A stretch of DNA of 53,715 bases from the NCBI GenBank assembly GCA_043718025.1, contig JAYSWN010000158.1, positions 1 to 53,715 of the forward strand. The letters are read 5' to 3'. How positions within the stretch are numbered: the stretch's first letter is position 1; the number at the start of each line of letters is the position of its first letter. A program made the position numbers and the translations under genes. Source of the stretch: Pseudomonadota bacterium. GTDB taxonomy: Bacteria; Bdellovibrionota; FAC87; UBA2466. Shown here piece after piece: positions 36,948 through 45,936 of this stretch. The notes beneath the pieces were generated by a model. It had not been told where the DNA came from. It did no database searches and worked only from the letters and a program-made list of their open reading frames with translations.

Positions 36948-38362
36948 TGGGAAACGCAACGCAGCTCTTCATCGAGCGAGTAAAAGAAAATCCCAACGCC
37001 ATGGCGCTCTGGCTTCCCAAAGCCGGAGCTACCACTTTTGGGGAATTGGCTGGAATCGGCGCCAGGGTGCAGGCCGAGATTCGGCGCCACGGTTTAGGTG
37101 CCGGCGATAACGTATTGCTGGTCGAGATGTTGAATCCACGCCTGTACGGTTTGATCGTAGGCCTGATGGCATCGGGCATCGGCGTAGTGCTGGTAGAGCC
37201 ATGGATGCCGGTGGCGCGCATCGACCCGGTAATTCGCTACATTCGGCCCAAGGCTTTCATCACCAATTGGTTTGGAAAGTTGTGGGGATCGCGAGTGAAA
37301 GCGATTCGCCAAATTCCTCTGTGGTTGGACTCAAGTCTTGCGACCATTGGCCGCGCGCAAGATCTAAAAATGGTCGACGTGCCGAGGGAGCAGCCAGGAA
37401 TCATCACCTTCACTTCGGGAACCACCGGAATGCCGAAAGGCATGGTGCGCAACCACGGTTATCTACAAGAACAGCACCGCGTGCTGTCGGCGGCCCAACA
37501 TGCCCACGAGTACCCGCGTCCCGACCTCTGTATTTTCGCCAATTTTGCGTTGTCGAACCTGGCCTCGGGTCGCGGCTCGGTGATAATTCCCTCCAAATGG
37601 AAGCCTAAACACTTAAAGGCGGCGAGTGAACTGCCTGACCAGTGGCAGCCGCAAACCGTAACCTGTGGCCCCGCTTTCTTACTTAAAATGATGGAGGGGC
37701 GGTATTTTTCAAAGCTAGACTCCATTCACGTTGGCGGCGCGCTCACCGACTGCGCGATTTTCGAAAAGGGGTTTGACCTCTGGCCAAACGCATCGTGGCA
37801 TCACTTATACGGCAGCACCGAAGTGGAGCCAGTGGCATTGGCGGAAGCTAGAATGGCGGTAAAAAAGAGCCGCGACCGTGGCTATTTTCAGACCCTTTGC
37901 CTAGGCACTCCGATTAACGACATTCAGGCCGACTTCACCCCGGACACCGTATGGGTTGCCGGACCGCATGTCTGCCCTCAGTACTTGGCGAACGAAGAAG
38001 AAAACCGCAAGCACAAGCGGCTCGACGAGCAGGGGCGTACCTGGCACCGCATGGGCGACCGTGTTCAACTTCGCGATGGCGAATGGTGGTACAACGGTCG
38101 AGAAGCTCAACCGATTGAAGATTTTGAGTTGGAACAAAAAATTTACTCAACCGTCGGCTCCAGCACGTCATTTTTGGCGGCGGGAAATCCCAAAAAAGTG
38201 TTTCTGCAAAATGCAGCGGCACGGGCCCCGATCATTCGAGAAAAATTTCCTCAGATAACTGAAATCATTTCCACGACGATCGTGCGAGACAGTCGACATC
38301 GAGCGCGCATCGATCGGGTGAAAAGCCAGCAACCGGCGAAATGGAAAAGTTGGCTAAACTAA
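36947..38362 (+). CDS. AMP-binding (ANL) enzyme, OleC-like subfamily
   Basis: FTSGTTGMPKG, VGGA, YGSTEVEPV, WHRMGD and C-terminal D.RH.ARID. TGATG coupling. Confidence 0.85.
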   Translation: MGNATQLFIERVKENPNAMALWLPKAGATTFGELAGIGARVQAEIRRHGLGAGDNVLLVEMLNPRLYGLIVGLMASGIGVVLVEPWMPVARIDPVIRYIRPKAFITNWFGKLWGSRVKAIRQIPLWLDSSLATIGRAQDLKMVDVPREQPGIITFTSGTTGMPKGMVRNHGYLQEQHRVLSAAQHAHEYPRPDLCIFANFALSNLASGRGSVIIPSKWKPKHLKAASELPDQWQPQTVTCGPAFLLKMMEGRYFSKLDSIHVGGALTDCAIFEKGFDLWPNASWHHLYGSTEVEPVALAEARMAVKKSRDRGYFQTLCLGTPINDIQADFTPDTVWVAGPHVCPQYLANEEENRKHKRLDEQGRTWHRMGDRVQLRDGEWWYNGREAQPIEDFELEQKIYSTVGSSTSFLAAGNPKKVFLQNAAARAPIIREKFPQITEIISTTIVRDSRHRARIDRVKSQQPAKWKSWLN

Positions 38363-38380
38363 ATAAATAGGAGACGGGCC

Positions 38381-39409
38381 ATGCGTATTGAATCAAAAAA
38401 AGGAGACCCGGCTTGGGTATTTGATTTTTGTGAGCTGCCCAACCAGATTCGCGAAGGCCGGGCCAAAGTGGGAAATATCCCCCCCGCTCTTTGGGCCCAG
38501 TTTTTAAACTTGGCACCCGCTGGTAGCAGTCAATTTTGGGTGGCTTATGATGGCAACAAAGCCGTGGGAAGAGTGGGCGTCAGTTTAGCCCCAAACCACC
38601 CCGGCACCGGCATCGTTGGATTTTTTGAAACCGACGTAAGGTCTTTTGAGGCCGACGCCATTGCCACGATCCTGCTCAGTACCGCGGTGGAGTGGCTAAA
38701 GTTAAAAGGCTGCACCTCATTCGTGGGTCCCATGAATTTCAACACTTGGTTTCCCTATCGCTTTCGTACCGATAACGATGAGCGCGCGTTTAAATGGGAG
38801 CCGCAGAACCCCGCCGAATATCCGGCTTTTTTTGAAAAGGCCGGCTTTGTGCCCTTTGAAAAATATCATTCGGTAGGCAGCAGTGGACTCAATGATTTTG
38901 CCGCTGGCACCGCCGCCGCGTACCAAAAGGCTAGGGCTTTGGGCTACCACTTTCGCAATTGGGATGGAAGTCAGGTACTCGAAAAAGAGGTGCCCATCCT
39001 CTATCGACTCAGTCTAGAGGGCTTCGCCAACAATTTTTTGTTCCAAGCAATTCCTTTAGAAACCTTCCGGCAGCTTTACGTTCCGATTGCGAACAAGTTT
39101 GATTTTGGCTTCTCATTTTTTTGCATGAATCCTGCTGGCGAAGAGGTGGGCTTTGTCTTTTCATTTTTGGATGATGACGCTTTGGTTATAAAAAGCGTCA
39201 CCGTGTTGGCCACGGAACGGGGAAAGGGCTTGAGCAATGCCCTCACCCATTTGGCGGCGGCCGAAGCGTTAAAGCGTGACGTTTCTCGCTACACCTCGGC
39301 GCTAATGCACCAGGGTAACCGCAGTGAATCTTATTCAAAAAAGGGAGGCACGCTATGGTCGCATGAGTACGTGCTTTACAAAAAAGATGAACTCAACCAT
39401 ACGACCTAG
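38381..39409 (+). CDS. GNAT-family acyltransferase (tandem fold)
   Basis: GIVGFFE, GPMNFNTW..YRF, EP.NP.EYP..F and the acyl-CoA-binding motif ERGKGLS. GGAG RBS. Confidence 0.75.
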   Translation: MRIESKKGDPAWVFDFCELPNQIREGRAKVGNIPPALWAQFLNLAPAGSSQFWVAYDGNKAVGRVGVSLAPNHPGTGIVGFFETDVRSFEADAIATILLSTAVEWLKLKGCTSFVGPMNFNTWFPYRFRTDNDERAFKWEPQNPAEYPAFFEKAGFVPFEKYHSVGSSGLNDFAAGTAAAYQKARALGYHFRNWDGSQVLEKEVPILYRLSLEGFANNFLFQAIPLETFRQLYVPIANKFDFGFSFFCMNPAGEEVGFVFSFLDDDALVIKSVTVLATERGKGLSNALTHLAAAEALKRDVSRYTSALMHQGNRSESYSKKGGTLWSHEYVLYKKDELNHTT

Positions 39410-40567
39410 CTAGTTGGGCGATTTAGAATTGAAGCGGGCAAGTAGCGACAGAAGAGCCAGCACAATTGCCCACCAGGCCAGCCTCCCGTTTTGCAATATG
39501 GCACCACCGATCAGCGGGCCCACCACCATGCCCAACGACTGCAGGCTAGAAACCGTTCCCAAGACTTGCCCCTGATCTTTCGCGCTTGCTCGCTGACTCA
39601 GCATTGAGGTTAGTACGGGGCGAAGCAACGAGTTACCGATCGAAAAAAGGACGAGCGCCGAACACGCCATTGCTACGGTGCGAGAAAATCCGAGTAGCAA
39701 GTAACCGGCTGCCGAAAAGAGAAAAGCGGAAGAAGCTAGGCGTACTTCCCCGAAAAATTGGGTTAGGCGGCCCATCAAAAATCCTTGAATCACAATGCCG
39801 AAAACGCCGCTCACGGCGAAAAAGGCTCCCACCTCTTTAGGTCCCCATGGGGCTCCAGATGAGGTGACCAACGCCCGTTCCAAAAAAAGGCCCAAGCCTT
39901 GAGAAAAAAAACCGAAAGTTAGCGCAAACACACCAAATTGAATCCACAGCGGCCGCCATTCACGACGTGAGAGCAATGAAGTTAAAGTGGAAGGTGCTAC
40001 GCCGATCGTACTTTCGGTGAGGGGTACGACTGGTTTTAAAAGCAAAAAGGTGGCCAGTAGACTAAGCGTAGAAAAGCCTGCGGCAACGTAAAAGGGAACG
40101 CTCCAGCCCCACCCCACCAAGGACGCCGACAGCGCCGGACCAAAGACCAACCCGATACCAAATGCCGCACCCAAAATTCCAAACGCCCGAGCTCGATCTT
40201 TTGGTGGAGTCGAATCGGCTAGACAGGCTTGGGCAATCGATAAATTTCCGGCAGTCGCCCCGTCAAGCATGCGTCCTAAAAACAAGAGCCAAAGTGAATC
40301 GGCGCGGGCCAAGACCAGAAGCCCGACTAAGGTGCCAAACTGACTCAACAACAAAACCGGACGACGGCCAATTCGGTCTGACCAGCGGCCAAGCCATGGG
40401 GCGGCCAAGAGCTGACAAAGTGCAAAGCTCGCGGCCAATAGGCCCACGGTAAGGGGGCCGGCACCAAACCGCTCGGCCAAGAAGGGAAGCACCGGCACCA
40501 TCATCATCATGGCCATCATGTCGGCGACAACGATCAGAAAAAGGGGGGCTACATTACGAAAACTCAT
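39410..40567 (-). CDS. MFS transporter (TetA/DHA1-like)
   Basis: Motif A GRWSDRIGRRPVL, GRMLDG, motif C GLVFGPAL and about 12 TMs. ATG at 40567 follows GGAGG. Confidence 0.9.
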   Translation of the reverse strand: MSFRNVAPLFLIVVADMMAMMMMVPVLPFLAERFGAGPLTVGLLAASFALCQLLAAPWLGRWSDRIGRRPVLLLSQFGTLVGLLVLARADSLWLLFLGRMLDGATAGNLSIAQACLADSTPPKDRARAFGILGAAFGIGLVFGPALSASLVGWGWSVPFYVAAGFSTLSLLATFLLLKPVVPLTESTIGVAPSTLTSLLSRREWRPLWIQFGVFALTFGFFSQGLGLFLERALVTSSGAPWGPKEVGAFFAVSGVFGIVIQGFLMGRLTQFFGEVRLASSAFLFSAAGYLLLGFSRTVAMACSALVLFSIGNSLLRPVLTSMLSQRASAKDQGQVLGTVSSLQSLGMVVGPLIGGAILQNGRLAWWAIVLALLSLLARFNSKSPN

Positions 40568-40639
40568 CCTCCCTCTATACCCGCAATTGACTCGGCGTGT
40601 TAGCAAGGATTAGCTGCGTGTACGAGAGCAGGAAAAAAT

Positions 40640-42010
40640 ATGCAAACCGACGAGAACAGTGCCAAACCAAAGAAAGCGCCCGGGCCAAATTTTTTCCAGG
40701 TGGCGAAAAGCTTACCGCTCATTCTCAACGACCGATTGAAATGGATGGAGTCTCTTCACGCGAATTTTGGCGACGTGGTAGGGATTCGGCTCGGGCCGCG
40801 AAAAATTTACGCAGTTTTTCATCCCGATTACATCCGCCATGTGCTGGTCACCAACGCCAAAAATTATTGGAAGGGGCGTACCTTCGAAAAGACGCAAGCC
40901 TATCTCGGCAAAGGATTGGCCACGGTGGAAGGGCCAACTTGGCAAGTTCAGCGGCGTCGCATGAATCCGCAGTTTCATCGCGACGCCTTAAAATCTTTGT
41001 TACCCGCCATTGATCTGGTGATCGATCGACTGATTGGGCGTTTTGAAGCCAAGGCCATAAGCGGCGAACTGGTCGACCTGGCGCTTGAATTTCCTAGGCT
41101 CGCCATGGAAGTGGTGGCGCGTTCCTTTTTTGGGGTTGAGGTGCCGCAAGAGAAAATCGAAAAGATCATCGATGCGTTTAAGGAATCGCTGGAATTTACC
41201 ACCGCCCGTACGCTTAATCCGTTCGATATTCCTGAGTCGATTCCGCTGCCCAGCAACATTCGCTACGGCAAGGCCATTCGGCTTTTAGGTGACGTGGTTT
41301 ACGGGATGATTGAAACGGAGAAAAAGAAAGAAAACTCGCCGACCCTCCTTTCAATGTTGATTCGCGCTTCGGATCCGGAAACCGGAACCGGAATGACTGC
41401 AAAACAGCTGCGCGATGAAGTGATGACGATGTTTATCGGTGGCACCGATACCAGTGGCAATACGCTGTCTTGGATTTTTTATAATCTGGGCCGCCATCCC
41501 GAAGTTCAAAACCGGGTGCGGGCCGAAGTGATTCGCGCCGACGGCGGGGTTGAGCTCAATCCTGAAAATTTAATGTACACCCAAAGAATGATCGAAGAGA
41601 CGCTTCGCCTCTTTCCGCAGAATTGGGTGGGGTCGCGCGACTCCTACCGGGACGATGAAATTGGTGGCGTGCATATTCCCGGCGGTAGTACGGTTTTTTT
41701 AGGGGTTTACGTGGCACACCGGCGTCAGGACTTTTGGACCAATCCATTGCAGTTTGATCCCGATCGGTTCTTGGCTGAGAACTCGGCGGGCCGCCATCCC
41801 ATGGCCTACATGCCGTTCGGCGCGGGCCAACGCAAATGCATTGGGTACCACTTTGCGATGATGGAATTTTTGTTAGCAATTCCTAAGATTCTGCACCGCT
41901 TCGAATTTGACGTGGTGGGTATCGAGAAGATCAAACCGCATCCGACCTGGTCTTTGTGGCCCAAGCCCGGAGTTCCGGTAAAGTTACGCCTGCGAAAAAC
42001 TGTACATTGA
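40640..42010 (+). CDS. Cytochrome P450
   Basis: I-helix GGTDTS, ExxR (EETLR), FDPDRF and heme motif PFGAGQRKCIG. Confidence 0.96.
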   Translation: MQTDENSAKPKKAPGPNFFQVAKSLPLILNDRLKWMESLHANFGDVVGIRLGPRKIYAVFHPDYIRHVLVTNAKNYWKGRTFEKTQAYLGKGLATVEGPTWQVQRRRMNPQFHRDALKSLLPAIDLVIDRLIGRFEAKAISGELVDLALEFPRLAMEVVARSFFGVEVPQEKIEKIIDAFKESLEFTTARTLNPFDIPESIPLPSNIRYGKAIRLLGDVVYGMIETEKKKENSPTLLSMLIRASDPETGTGMTAKQLRDEVMTMFIGGTDTSGNTLSWIFYNLGRHPEVQNRVRAEVIRADGGVELNPENLMYTQRMIEETLRLFPQNWVGSRDSYRDDEIGGVHIPGGSTVFLGVYVAHRRQDFWTNPLQFDPDRFLAENSAGRHPMAYMPFGAGQRKCIGYHFAMMEFLLAIPKILHRFEFDVVGIEKIKPHPTWSLWPKPGVPVKLRLRKTVH

Positions 42011-42013
42011 GGG

Positions 42014-42052
42014 GCGGGTCCAAAGGGCCCATCAAAGCCCTTTGGGACCCGC
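42014..42052. terminator. GC-rich inverted repeat between convergent genes (terminator- or REP-like)
   Basis: GCGGGTCCAAAGGGC-ccatcaaa-GCCCTTTGGGACCCGC, a 15-bp stem with one bulge and no U-tract. Confidence 0.55.
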
Positions 42053-42065
42053 ACGCTAGCGAAAT

Positions 42066-43097
42066 TTAATTCACGCCAAACATCGCGTCCATTTGGGTCT
42101 TGGTCATGCTGTGATTGACCACGTTTCCGTTAAACGGTTTGGTAGCGGCCGATGCGCCTTTTAAATCCGCGCAAGAGTAATTCAGGGAAAAACCTGAAGC
42201 CGTTGCGCTATTTCCGCCACCATTCGCTTCAGTTTTGGTGTCTGTTCCGTTCCATTGGTCCATTTCCGAAATCCCGAGCTGGTCAGCAAATCCATCTGTA
42301 TGGCCCGTGCCTGAAGATAAGGCATTGTTTGTCTTGGCCACCAACATAGTGCCTCCACTCGTTCCACTGGCATAGACTCTCCAGCAAGCGAACAGCGAAG
42401 CTGACGGCGAACCACCACGCTGACGGCCGAGTTCGACGGACTGAACGGTAGTCGCTTTGGTCGACGTATTGTAGGTAACGCTGCCGTACATCGCGTCATC
42501 GGTCGATGGCGTGGTGAGGTACGAAGTGGCAAAACGAGAGCCCAACACATCCACCGTTTGGGCTACTCCCGATCGATCCCATTTTACGTAGAGCAGTTTA
42601 CTCGAAGAGCCTAAGCCGACTCCGCCCATAATCAAAAAGCCTTTGCTGGCCGAACCCGACCCCGTCCAGTACATGGTGGCGTGGGTAGCCCCATCCACTT
42701 TAACGATCGCGACGTAATCATAGAAGGTCGAGAAAGTGCTGGGGGCGACCACTTTGGCCACCGTTCCCGTAACCACTTTTCCATCGTGCGTACCGCCAGT
42801 TAAGTTGGTTGCGGTGCCATCGGCAGCCAGCGCGGTGAGATCCGGCTTCATGCCGAGTTTTACGACCAGCTTATAAAGAAACTCTTCGGCCAAGGCCGGA
42901 AAGTGAACGTTGATATGGCAAAGGTGGCCGTGAAAATTCTTAAGGGCGCCGTGGTCATAACTCTGCGCGTCAGTATCACACGCGCTGGCCTTTACTTTTC
43001 CATCTTCAGGTGGCTTTTCTCCGGCATTTACGCGCAAGGAAAGTGAAACGAAGGCAAAACTGATCAATCCTATAAAGAACCATGTTGTTGGTTTCAT
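42066..43097 (-). CDS. Hypothetical secreted Gly/Ser/Thr-rich protein
   Basis: ATG at 43097 follows GAGGA. Signal peptide (…RVNA/GE), then a beta-rich mature region with 4 Cys. Confidence 0.75.
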   Translation of the reverse strand: MKPTTWFFIGLISFAFVSLSLRVNAGEKPPEDGKVKASACDTDAQSYDHGALKNFHGHLCHINVHFPALAEEFLYKLVVKLGMKPDLTALAADGTATNLTGGTHDGKVVTGTVAKVVAPSTFSTFYDYVAIVKVDGATHATMYWTGSGSASKGFLIMGGVGLGSSSKLLYVKWDRSGVAQTVDVLGSRFATSYLTTPSTDDAMYGSVTYNTSTKATTVQSVELGRQRGGSPSASLFACWRVYASGTSGGTMLVAKTNNALSSGTGHTDGFADQLGISEMDQWNGTDTKTEANGGGNSATASGFSLNYSCADLKGASAATKPFNGNVVNHSMTKTQMDAMFGVN

Positions 43098-43116
43098 TGT
43101 TGTCCTCATAAAATTT

Positions 43117-43260
43117 TTATTCGGTGATGTTAGTGGATACGGAACAAGGCAGAGACGTTGAGCAGCTGGCATCGGTAACGCTACTCTTGCCGCAGGCTGA
43201 GACCAAACCCAAAGTTAAAACGGCGACTAACACGGTTAAGCCAATAATTTTACTCCACAT
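43117..43260 (-). CDS. Small (47 aa) lipoprotein
   Basis: Strong AAAGGAG RBS. MWSKIIGLTVLVAVLTLGLVSA-C lipobox, with mature peptide CGKSSVTDASCSTSLPCSVSTNITE. Confidence 0.65.
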   Translation of the reverse strand: MWSKIIGLTVLVAVLTLGLVSACGKSSVTDASCSTSLPCSVSTNITE

Positions 43261-43394
43261 AAATGCTCCTTTTCTCGGGGTAACTTCAAATATCCAGACG
43301 AGGAAATAAATTATGATAACGCCAAACCTATGGCCCACTCCAAATTATTTTTCAAAGTGGCGGCAAACGGCGGGTGACTCGCCACGACAAAACT

Positions 43395-43422
43395 CTGACC
43401 CAGGTACCCCATGAGCTATAAT
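43395..43422 (+). promoter_or_regulatory. Sigma-70-type promoter, probably leaderless transcript
   Basis: CTGACC-N16-TATAAT with the ATG 7 nt after the -10 box and no SD. Confidence 0.45.
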
Positions 43423-43429
43423 AACCGCC

Positions 43430-45127
43430 ATGAGCAAAAAACTGGCGCTTGGGGTATTTGGCTTTGGACTACTGCTGTTTGGTCTTCGTGACTTGGCGGG
43501 CTGGGCGTCGCTGGGTCGCTCCTTCACCCCGTTTTCTGCCGGCACCTCCATCTCCGCGTCAGTGTGGGATGAATCTGGAAGTTACGCCCCTCCCCTGGCC
43601 GCGCTGATAACGCGTGGGCAAATCTATGCCGACGACATAAAAGAGAACCGAGAATTCCCTCTGCCCTTGCCCCTTCTCCACGCCGTGGTCTTGGCGCCCG
43701 TAGCCAAGGTGTTGGGTATGGAGCTCACGTGGAGCATCGCCCGGGTAATCTTTCCCGCTCTCACGCTCACTTTTTTCTTTTTCATTTTTTCGACAACGAT
43801 GACCTCGGTGCCAGCTCGCCTGCTTCTGAGCCTTGCCGCCTGCACTATCCCCTTTGCGCCTAGAAACATGTTTTTGGTGGGCCAGTTTTCTCTGATTCAG
43901 CCCCTTGAACTTTCCCGATTTTCGAATCCCAGTTTCTCATTTTGCCTGTTGCTCGGTTTTTTGTTGCTGCTCAAAAGATTTTTGGACTCTGGAGAACGAC
44001 GGTTCGGTATTGGCGCGGGGTTGGCCCTGGGGCTTATGTCCTATAGTTACTATTATTACTCCGTCGCGCTGGCCGTAGGCTTTGGCCTCTTCTGGTTACT
44101 ACTGGGGTTGAAAAAAGAGATTGTTTGGTTTCGACGCCTTTCGGTCGTAATCGCCGTTTCGGCGCTGGTGGCTCTCCCCTACGCATTCACGCTTGTGAAG
44201 GCTCAGGCTTACATCGGGCAAACCCTAATTCCGCGCGTAGGATTATTTTCGAATCGACCGGACTTTGCGGGCGTCATTTTATTTTTTTTGGCGGCGGCCC
44301 TGGCGCGATGGGATTTTTTAAAAAGTCGCACCATCACCTACCGGCTCTTCTTTTTACTACTGTTGTGCGGCGCGGGATTTGGATTAAACCTCCAAACTCT
44401 CACCGGCTACTCGGCCCAGCACGAACACTACTGGAATAGGCTTGTGCAGCCGGCCGGTTTTGCGTTTCTGCTTTGTGTGATCTCTCAGTTTATAAGCATG
44501 GCGGCTTTTCCGCTGCCGGCCAAAGCCGCCGCTTCGGCGGTGGTGGTTCTTTTGGCGACGTTAACCGCGCTAAGCGGATACCGCCAATTGGCCTCATTTA
44601 CGAACACCGCCGACGATCATGATCGCCGCGCTAACCACTATCGCGCTTTGGAATGGATTCGCGACCACACCCCCCGCGATGCGGTGGTAGGCTCAAGCGA
44701 GCGCAGCGCCATCGCGCTGATTCCCACCGTAACCGGCCGCTGGAGCTTTGTGCCGTTCGGTTTACGAACTTCGGCTCCGCTGGCCGAAATTTTGGGGCGC
44801 TATTTTTCGATCGCCAAATTAGAAGGCAAATCCTGGGATGAAATTGCCTCGACCTGGCGGTTTTCTCAATTTGAACGGCTGTGGGTCGAAACCTATTTTG
44901 TTCTATTTCATAACTCCAACCCGCCGTTTGACGCCGTTTTTGCCTCTGCAAAAAAGGCGTGGGATACTTTTGACCCTGCGCCTTTCATAGCCTCCCGCCA
45001 ACTTGACTACGTACTGACCAAGGCCGCTACGTCTGGAATAAAACTTTTTGAAAGCGGAAACTGGAAAGTGATTGAAATTCAGCACGCCAGGTCTACCGAC
45101 GTAACCATGAAGAGAGTCTCCCCATGA
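43430..45127 (+). CDS. Multi-pass membrane protein, putative GT-C-fold glycosyltransferase
   Basis: About 11-13 TMs, acidic WDE in the first external loop, and a C-terminal soluble domain with 'ALEWIRDHTPRDAVV'. Confidence 0.55.
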   Translation: MSKKLALGVFGFGLLLFGLRDLAGWASLGRSFTPFSAGTSISASVWDESGSYAPPLAALITRGQIYADDIKENREFPLPLPLLHAVVLAPVAKVLGMELTWSIARVIFPALTLTFFFFIFSTTMTSVPARLLLSLAACTIPFAPRNMFLVGQFSLIQPLELSRFSNPSFSFCLLLGFLLLLKRFLDSGERRFGIGAGLALGLMSYSYYYYSVALAVGFGLFWLLLGLKKEIVWFRRLSVVIAVSALVALPYAFTLVKAQAYIGQTLIPRVGLFSNRPDFAGVILFFLAAALARWDFLKSRTITYRLFFLLLLCGAGFGLNLQTLTGYSAQHEHYWNRLVQPAGFAFLLCVISQFISMAAFPLPAKAAASAVVVLLATLTALSGYRQLASFTNTADDHDRRANHYRALEWIRDHTPRDAVVGSSERSAIALIPTVTGRWSFVPFGLRTSAPLAEILGRYFSIAKLEGKSWDEIASTWRFSQFERLWVETYFVLFHNSNPPFDAVFASAKKAWDTFDPAPFIASRQLDYVLTKAATSGIKLFESGNWKVIEIQHARSTDVTMKRVSP

Positions 45128-45933
45128 CTGCCGAATGGGTATTAAAGATTCGCCCCGCCTTCTTAGCTGAGTTTCTAAAAAAATGCCTGCGCATTGAACG
45201 ACGCGTGGTTACCTCCAAGGCTGGCTACGAGCTTTTTCTCGATCCCGCGTCGCACTTTGGTAACGAAATCTTAACGACGGGCGGATACGAGCCCGAGCTC
45301 ACCGCGCTCATTCAAACCCTTTTGCGCGAAGGCGATACGTTTTTAGATATCGGGGCCAACGAAGGTTTTTTTTCGGTGGTGGCCGCCCGCGCGGTGGGTG
45401 CCGGCAGAGTCTGTGCGGTAGAGCCGCAATCGCGTTTGATTTCGGTAGTGAAACAGAACCTTGAGTTGAACCACGCAAAAAAGGCCGATGTGCAACACTT
45501 GGCTCTTTCAGATTCGGAAGGCACGCTCACCTTACAACTCACGCCTAATATCAACACCGGAGCCAGCGGCATGTACAAACGCTGGCGGTGGGGCGGAAGC
45601 CAAGAGGTTGTTATCACAATGACGCTGGATAGATTTGCGACCGAGAAAAAACTCGACCGCGTGCGGTTGGTGAAAGTGGATTGCGAGGGGGCCGAACCGC
45701 AAATTTTAGCCGGGGCGGCAGTTTTTTTTAGCGAGCACCGCGCCGAGTTTTTGAGTTTAGATTACCATGAGTCAATCGTCGGGCCGGCAGTCGCAAAAGC
45801 GATGGACGCCAAGATCCGAAGCTGGGGCTATGAGCTGTCAAAGGCCGGAAACGGCTGTTGGGTTTATCACTTGCCCGGCCTCCAATCGCAACTCTCCGCG
45901 CTCGGAAAGGCGCAAACCCTGCCCCCGCTTTGA
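45124..45933 (+). CDS. FkbM-family methyltransferase
   Basis: YEPE, FLDIGANEG.FS, AVEP and KVDCEGAE. ATGA-coupled to the membrane protein. Confidence 0.9.
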   Translation: MTAEWVLKIRPAFLAEFLKKCLRIERRVVTSKAGYELFLDPASHFGNEILTTGGYEPELTALIQTLLREGDTFLDIGANEGFFSVVAARAVGAGRVCAVEPQSRLISVVKQNLELNHAKKADVQHLALSDSEGTLTLQLTPNINTGASGMYKRWRWGGSQEVVITMTLDRFATEKKLDRVRLVKVDCEGAEPQILAGAAVFFSEHRAEFLSLDYHESIVGPAVAKAMDAKIRSWGYELSKAGNGCWVYHLPGLQSQLSALGKAQTLPPL

Positions 45934-45936
45934 GAG

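Noticed and set aside
35832..38362. Standard betaine lipid (btaAB) or olefin (oleABCD) pathway
   Set aside because: No btaB methyltransferase and no oleA thiolase or oleB hydrolase are present in the operon.
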